Source of the DNA: Planctomycetota bacterium | GTDB taxonomy: Bacteria; Planctomycetota; UBA11346 | NCBI GenBank assembly: GCA_016745075.1 | Contig: JADGDD010000003.1 | Coordinates: 327,333 to 391,332 of the forward strand | Direction: 5' to 3' | DNA length: 64,000 nt | Part shown: in pieces, positions 59,652 to 64,000 of the stretch | How positions within the stretch are numbered: the stretch's first letter is position 1 | How the letters are laid out: every line of letters starts with the position of its first letter | The notes under the pieces: model-generated | Seen by the model: only the letters and a program-made list of their open reading frames with translations | Database searches by the model: none | What the model was told of the DNA's origin: nothing | Program-made: the position numbers and the translations under genes

Positions 59652-61679
59652 ATGATAGAGGTCTTTGTCATGTTTGTAAAAAATAGGCCAGTAACAGCGT
59701 CACAAAATCGCACTAATAGTTTGATTCGTTTACGACGTTTTCTTGTGGTGAGTTCAGCTGTTTGGCTAGTACTTTGGTTGGGCTTAATGGCTTGGATGAT
59801 TTACCGCTCTTGGGACGATGCACAGCGAGCGGTATATGTAACGGCTAAAGTGAGTTTTCAGAAAGATGTTGTTTATCGCACGTGGAACGCGAAGCACGGA
59901 GGTGTGTTTGTTCCCGTGGGTGAGCATGCTCAGCCAAACCCATATCTTGAAGGGCTTATAAAAAGAGATATTCAAAGCGTTGATGGTACACAGCTGACTT
60001 TGATAAATCCAGCATTAATGACGCGTCAGGTACAGACGATAGAAAAAGATATGTTTTCTCATTATGGGCATATAACCAGTCTTAATCCGTTAAATAAGGA
60101 AGATAACCAGCCAGACGAATGGGAAAGAGCCGCGTTGTTATCTTTTGAAGAAGGCACAGAAGAATATACGGGATTATGGGTGGATAAAGGGCAAGAATAT
60201 TATCGCTACATGGCACCATTTCGTATAAAGCAATCCTGTATGATTTGCCATGAGCAACAAGGGTACAAAATTGGTGATATACGTGGGGGGATTAGCGTGG
60301 CAGTGCCAATGGATGAAACGAGATCTCGTTTTTTTGCCGCTACGGTGCGAAGTGTATTGGTGTGTTTGTGCGCTTGGTTGATTGGTACAGTGATGTTGTT
60401 TTGGGGCGGTCGCAAGGTTCGTTCTGATATTATCCGTCGAAGAGAAGCTGAAAAAATAATCAGCGAAGAAAATGAAAAAAAATCGGTTATCATGTCGTCT
60501 ATCCCAAGTATTCTGATCATATTAGATAGGGAAGAACGGGTTACAGATTGGAATAAAACTGCAGCGGAGGCCTTTGGCTTGTCTCGTGCACAGGCTATTG
60601 GCCATCGTATTTCAGCTTTAAATTTGGGTGGAAATGTGCCTCAAGTGTTTATGAATCCAGAGTCTGATAATGCCATGGTTTTCCCGGAAGTGCGATACAA
60701 ACGCGCAGATGATCAAGTTGGTATTGTGCATTTCACTGCTTCTTTTCTCCAAAATGCGGAAGGTGAGATCGTGGGCAGTGTCCTGCTTGGTCGTGATGTG
60801 TTGGTTGATATGCAGCGGCAAAATGAGGATTTACACGCGCAAAAAATGGAGTCTATTGGTCAATTATCAGCAGGTATTGCCCATGAAATAAATACTCCGA
60901 TTCAATACGTAGGTGATAATGTCCGATTCTTGCGAGACGCCTATACGGATATTCAGAAGCTCCTCGATGTCCACGGGGAATTACTTGAGGTTATAGATAA
61001 CGGTTGTACTGATGATCTTCATAAGATGGTTGAAAAGGTCCGAGTATTAAAGGAAGAAATCGACCTCGATTTTGTATTGGAAGAATCAGGTCCTGCTTGT
61101 GTCCAAGCTTTGGAAGGCGTGCAGCGCGTTGCAAAAATTGTTGCAGCGATGCGTTCTTTTTCTCATCAAGGGCAAGAAGATGAGAAGGTCGCAACAGATA
61201 TTAATCAGTGTATTGAAAACACAACGCTTGTGGCTCGCAATGAGTATAAATATGTCGCAGAATTAATCTTGAATTTGGATGCTCATTTACCGCAGATTTC
61301 ATGTGTTACAGGTGCGATTAATCAGGTATTCTTAAATATACTGGTGAATGCTGCGCATGCGATAGAAGAAAAGATAGGGAGAGATAGAGCAGAAGAAAAA
61401 GGTATTATCACGATAACAACAGGCATGAGCGGCGATATGATTTTTATTCGTTTTGCAGATTCAGGAACGGGTGTGCCAGAATCTATATTGCATAAGGTGT
61501 TTGATCCATTCTTTACGACGAAAAAAATAGGAAAAGGAACAGGACAGGGCATGGCCTTGTCCCATCGTATTATCGTTGAGGAGCATTGTGGTAAAATAGA
61601 GGTTGCAAATTGCCCAGAAGGAGGTGCAGAATTTAGCGTGTATTTACCGATTAAAGGCTGTGGAGACAATGATGAGTGA
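59652..61679 (+). CDS. sensor histidine kinase with periplasmic haem-c domain (DUF3365/Tll0287-like) and PAS
   Basis: two TM segments flanking NPALMTR, SLNPLN..N.PDEWE, SCMICHE (CxxCH), GDIRGGISV; H-box AGIAHEINTP; FDPFFTTK..GKGTGQG. Confidence 0.9.
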   Translation: MIEVFVMFVKNRPVTASQNRTNSLIRLRRFLVVSSAVWLVLWLGLMAWMIYRSWDDAQRAVYVTAKVSFQKDVVYRTWNAKHGGVFVPVGEHAQPNPYLEGLIKRDIQSVDGTQLTLINPALMTRQVQTIEKDMFSHYGHITSLNPLNKEDNQPDEWERAALLSFEEGTEEYTGLWVDKGQEYYRYMAPFRIKQSCMICHEQQGYKIGDIRGGISVAVPMDETRSRFFAATVRSVLVCLCAWLIGTVMLFWGGRKVRSDIIRRREAEKIISEENEKKSVIMSSIPSILIILDREERVTDWNKTAAEAFGLSRAQAIGHRISALNLGGNVPQVFMNPESDNAMVFPEVRYKRADDQVGIVHFTASFLQNAEGEIVGSVLLGRDVLVDMQRQNEDLHAQKMESIGQLSAGIAHEINTPIQYVGDNVRFLRDAYTDIQKLLDVHGELLEVIDNGCTDDLHKMVEKVRVLKEEIDLDFVLEESGPACVQALEGVQRVAKIVAAMRSFSHQGQEDEKVATDINQCIENTTLVARNEYKYVAELILNLDAHLPQISCVTGAINQVFLNILVNAAHAIEEKIGRDRAEEKGIITITTGMSGDMIFIRFADSGTGVPESILHKVFDPFFTTKKIGKGTGQGMALSHRIIVEEHCGKIEVANCPEGGAEFSVYLPIKGCGDNDE

Positions 61680-63012
61680 TGGTAATCAAATGACAGAGGA
61701 ACAAGGTTGGCCAAGTGAAGAGCAGTTAACCATACTTATTAAAAGTATGGCAGAAGAAGGGACATCATCATCAGTACATAAAGCAATTTATAAGCCACGA
61801 GTTTTATTTGTTGATGATGAGGCGAATGTGTTAAGCGGTATCCGGCGTATGTTGTGTGGAAAGCGTTCTGTCTGGGATATGGAATTTGCAGGTAGTGGGC
61901 AAGAAGCGCTAGAACGCTGCGAAAAACAGCCGTATGACATTATTGTGTCGGACATGCGCATGCCAGGCATGACTGGTGTTGAATTGCTCACCAAAATTCA
62001 AAAGCGTTGGCCACATACGATTCGATTTATTTTATCCGGTAATGCACGACCAGAGGAAGTTTTGCGAACGGTTGGCCCTGTGCATCAGTACATAGCCAAG
62101 CCCTGTGATTCAGAGATATTACAGGCAAAGTTAGAAAAAACAGTTATGTTGCATGGGGCTTTAGAAAGTGTTCGAAATGCACGTATCGATGTTGATATTA
62201 ATAGTATTCCCAGTTTTCCAACCGTCTATCGTGATTTACAACAGATGTTGAATAATGATGAAGCTACTGTGGCAGAAGTGGCTCAGATAGTAGAACAAGA
62301 CCCCGTGTTAACCTTACATATTCTTAAAATGGTCAATTCCGCTTATTTTAGTGTGTCGCGTGTTTTATCCGATGTATCAGAGGCAATAGCTGTTATTGGT
62401 TTGGAGAGTGTTCAGGCAATTATGTATAGTGTACAAGCGTTTGAACGGATGCCTTTCCAACAAGAAGCGCAAATTATTGTTGATCAGCTGTGGGACCATT
62501 CTCAACGCTGCGCCCTGATAGCACGTCGTATTATGAAAGAATGTGGCGGTAATAAATCCGAGTTAGAAGCTGCGTTTTTTGCTGGTCTCGTGCATGACCT
62601 TGGGCATCTTATCCTATTATCTCAACAAGGTGCCCGCTTTTTCCGTACCTTAATGGCAGTAAAAAAATACAAAGTCCCTTTGCATGAAGCAGAGCGGGCC
62701 GTGTTTAAGGTGACGCATGCTGATTTATCTGGTTATATGATGGCATTGTGGGGTATTTCTGATTCGGTTATCGAACCTGTGTTATTCCATCATGATCCTT
62801 TGTCTGTGCTGTCGCAGTATGCTCCAGATGAAATGAGTGTTACCTTGGCGGTGCATTTAGCAGAGGTGATCGATTGTCAGATCCATTCAGGGGTGCTATT
62901 TGAAGAACATTTATCGACGGAAATCCTCGCCCATCCATGTGTACGGCAGAATTATCAGAAATGGCTGGAAGCTGTGAGGAATGAGACAGGACAAGAGCAT
63001 ACTCATGGATGA
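61669..63012 (+). CDS. response regulator with HDOD domain
   Basis: VLFVDDE, SDMRMPGM, KPC; DPVLT..ILKMVNSAYF, LWDHS, GLVHDLG, HH. Confidence 0.9.
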   Translation: MMSDGNQMTEEQGWPSEEQLTILIKSMAEEGTSSSVHKAIYKPRVLFVDDEANVLSGIRRMLCGKRSVWDMEFAGSGQEALERCEKQPYDIIVSDMRMPGMTGVELLTKIQKRWPHTIRFILSGNARPEEVLRTVGPVHQYIAKPCDSEILQAKLEKTVMLHGALESVRNARIDVDINSIPSFPTVYRDLQQMLNNDEATVAEVAQIVEQDPVLTLHILKMVNSAYFSVSRVLSDVSEAIAVIGLESVQAIMYSVQAFERMPFQQEAQIIVDQLWDHSQRCALIARRIMKECGGNKSELEAAFFAGLVHDLGHLILLSQQGARFFRTLMAVKKYKVPLHEAERAVFKVTHADLSGYMMALWGISDSVIEPVLFHHDPLSVLSQYAPDEMSVTLAVHLAEVIDCQIHSGVLFEEHLSTEILAHPCVRQNYQKWLEAVRNETGQEHTHG

Positions 63013-64000
63013 AAAAATTCTCTTTGTTGATGATGAGCCAAATGTTCTTCAAGGGATTAAGCGTATCTTGCGAGGACATTATGTCATTCAAACAGCGGGA
63101 AGTGGTGCAGAAGCATTGGCTGTGTTAGAAAAAGAAGGAAGTTATTCAGTTATTGTTTCAGATATGCGCATGCCAAATATGAATGGTTTGGAGTTGCTTA
63201 CGACAGTGGCTACCCGTTGGCCGCATATGGTACGGATGGCACTTACAGGACAGACTGATATTGTGACAGCGGCTGAAGCGGTTAATACTGGGCAGGTATA
63301 CCGATTTTTAACAAAACCTTGTGCGATAGAAGTACTCAAGGATGCGCTTGATGCCGGAATAAAGCAATACCGGTTGATTATTTCCGAAAAAGAACTGCTT
63401 GAAAAAACACTGACTGGTAGTGTCCACATGCTTATGGATGTGGTATCACTGATTGATCAAAATCTTTTCAGCCAGATGGCGGAATTACGAACACTCGTCA
63501 GTAAATTTTGCAAAGCTTTACAGGTGCGGTCTGCATGGCAAATCGAAATGGCGGTCACGCTTTCGCAAATTGGAACTATTATTCTACCGCAGGAAGTCCA
63601 AGTAAAACGTCAGGCGGGGCTTGAGTTAAGTCGTTCAGAACAGGAATTAGTTCATAGTGTTCCTCAGGTCAGCAGTCGTTTGCTTGGGCATATACCTCGT
63701 TTGGACGGCGTTGCATCTATTATTTATTTTATAAATAAGCATTATGATGGAACGGGTTTTCCAAAGGATGCTTTGTCTGGTTCCGAGATCCCTTATGGAT
63801 CTCGTTTACTTCGTATCATTATTGATTTAATGGAAGAAGCCGGAAAGCAAAGAGATTTTAAAAAAGCAATGGATGTGCTTGTGAATCGTAGTGGGTATTA
63901 TGATCCGAGTATTCTCGCAAATATTGGTGTATTTATTATAGGAATGCATCGGAAAAATCAATCTGGTGAAGGTGAACGAGTTGTGTCCTTAAACGGATTG
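63005..64000 (+). CDS. response regulator with degenerate HD-GYP domain, partial (runs off window end)
   Basis: Not in the ORF track. Manual translation from 63005: MDEKILFVDDEPNVL...SDMRMPNMNG...RFLTKPC...LSQIG...HYDGTGFP...IPYGSRLL. Confidence 0.88.
   Translation, partial: MDEKILFVDDEPNVLQGIKRILRGHYVIQTAGSGAEALAVLEKEGSYSVIVSDMRMPNMNGLELLTTVATRWPHMVRMALTGQTDIVTAAEAVNTGQVYRFLTKPCAIEVLKDALDAGIKQYRLIISEKELLEKTLTGSVHMLMDVVSLIDQNLFSQMAELRTLVSKFCKALQVRSAWQIEMAVTLSQIGTIILPQEVQVKRQAGLELSRSEQELVHSVPQVSSRLLGHIPRLDGVASIIYFINKHYDGTGFPKDALSGSEIPYGSRLLRIIIDLMEEAGKQRDFKKAMDVLVNRSGYYDPSILANIGVFIIGMHRKNQSGEGERVVSLNGL

Overview
Bacterial chromosomal window. ECF/FecR pair, Ser/Thr kinase-FGE fusion, sulfatase, many glycoside hydrolases and flagellar genes suggest a PVC-superphylum (Planctomycetota-like) organism; this is inference only. 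Layout: (1) 1-16.4 kb is housekeeping and signalling: partial rsmE, rhomboid, trpB-trpA-tatC-proB, two hybrid histidine kinases, and a stand-alone flhA-flhF-flhG operon behind a perfect sigma-54 promoter. (2) 16.5-21.4 kb is a decaying accessory region of co-oriented minus-strand genes (arylamine N-acetyltransferase, GNATs, GH29 fucosidase) with attC-like sites, a shared 17-bp leader and an IS3 remnant. It looks like an integron cassette array with no integrase in the window. (3) 21.4-42.8 kb is a carbohydrate island. Four large, apparently secreted, co-oriented proteins lie there: a CBM9-like+GH-A enzyme, two paralogous GH51-like clan GH-A proteins (one with two large insertions) and a tandem thioredoxin-fold/beta-sandwich protein without CxxC. 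An AraC regulator, GH37, GH106-like enzyme and sulfatase follow. (4) 43-64 kb holds ECF/anti-sigma, purB, GH4+sugar kinase+AraC, kinases, TlpA and a haem-c sensor kinase/HDOD/degenerate HD-GYP operon. No rRNA, tRNA or CRISPR array was recognised. All calls come from reading motifs by eye; no database searches were run.
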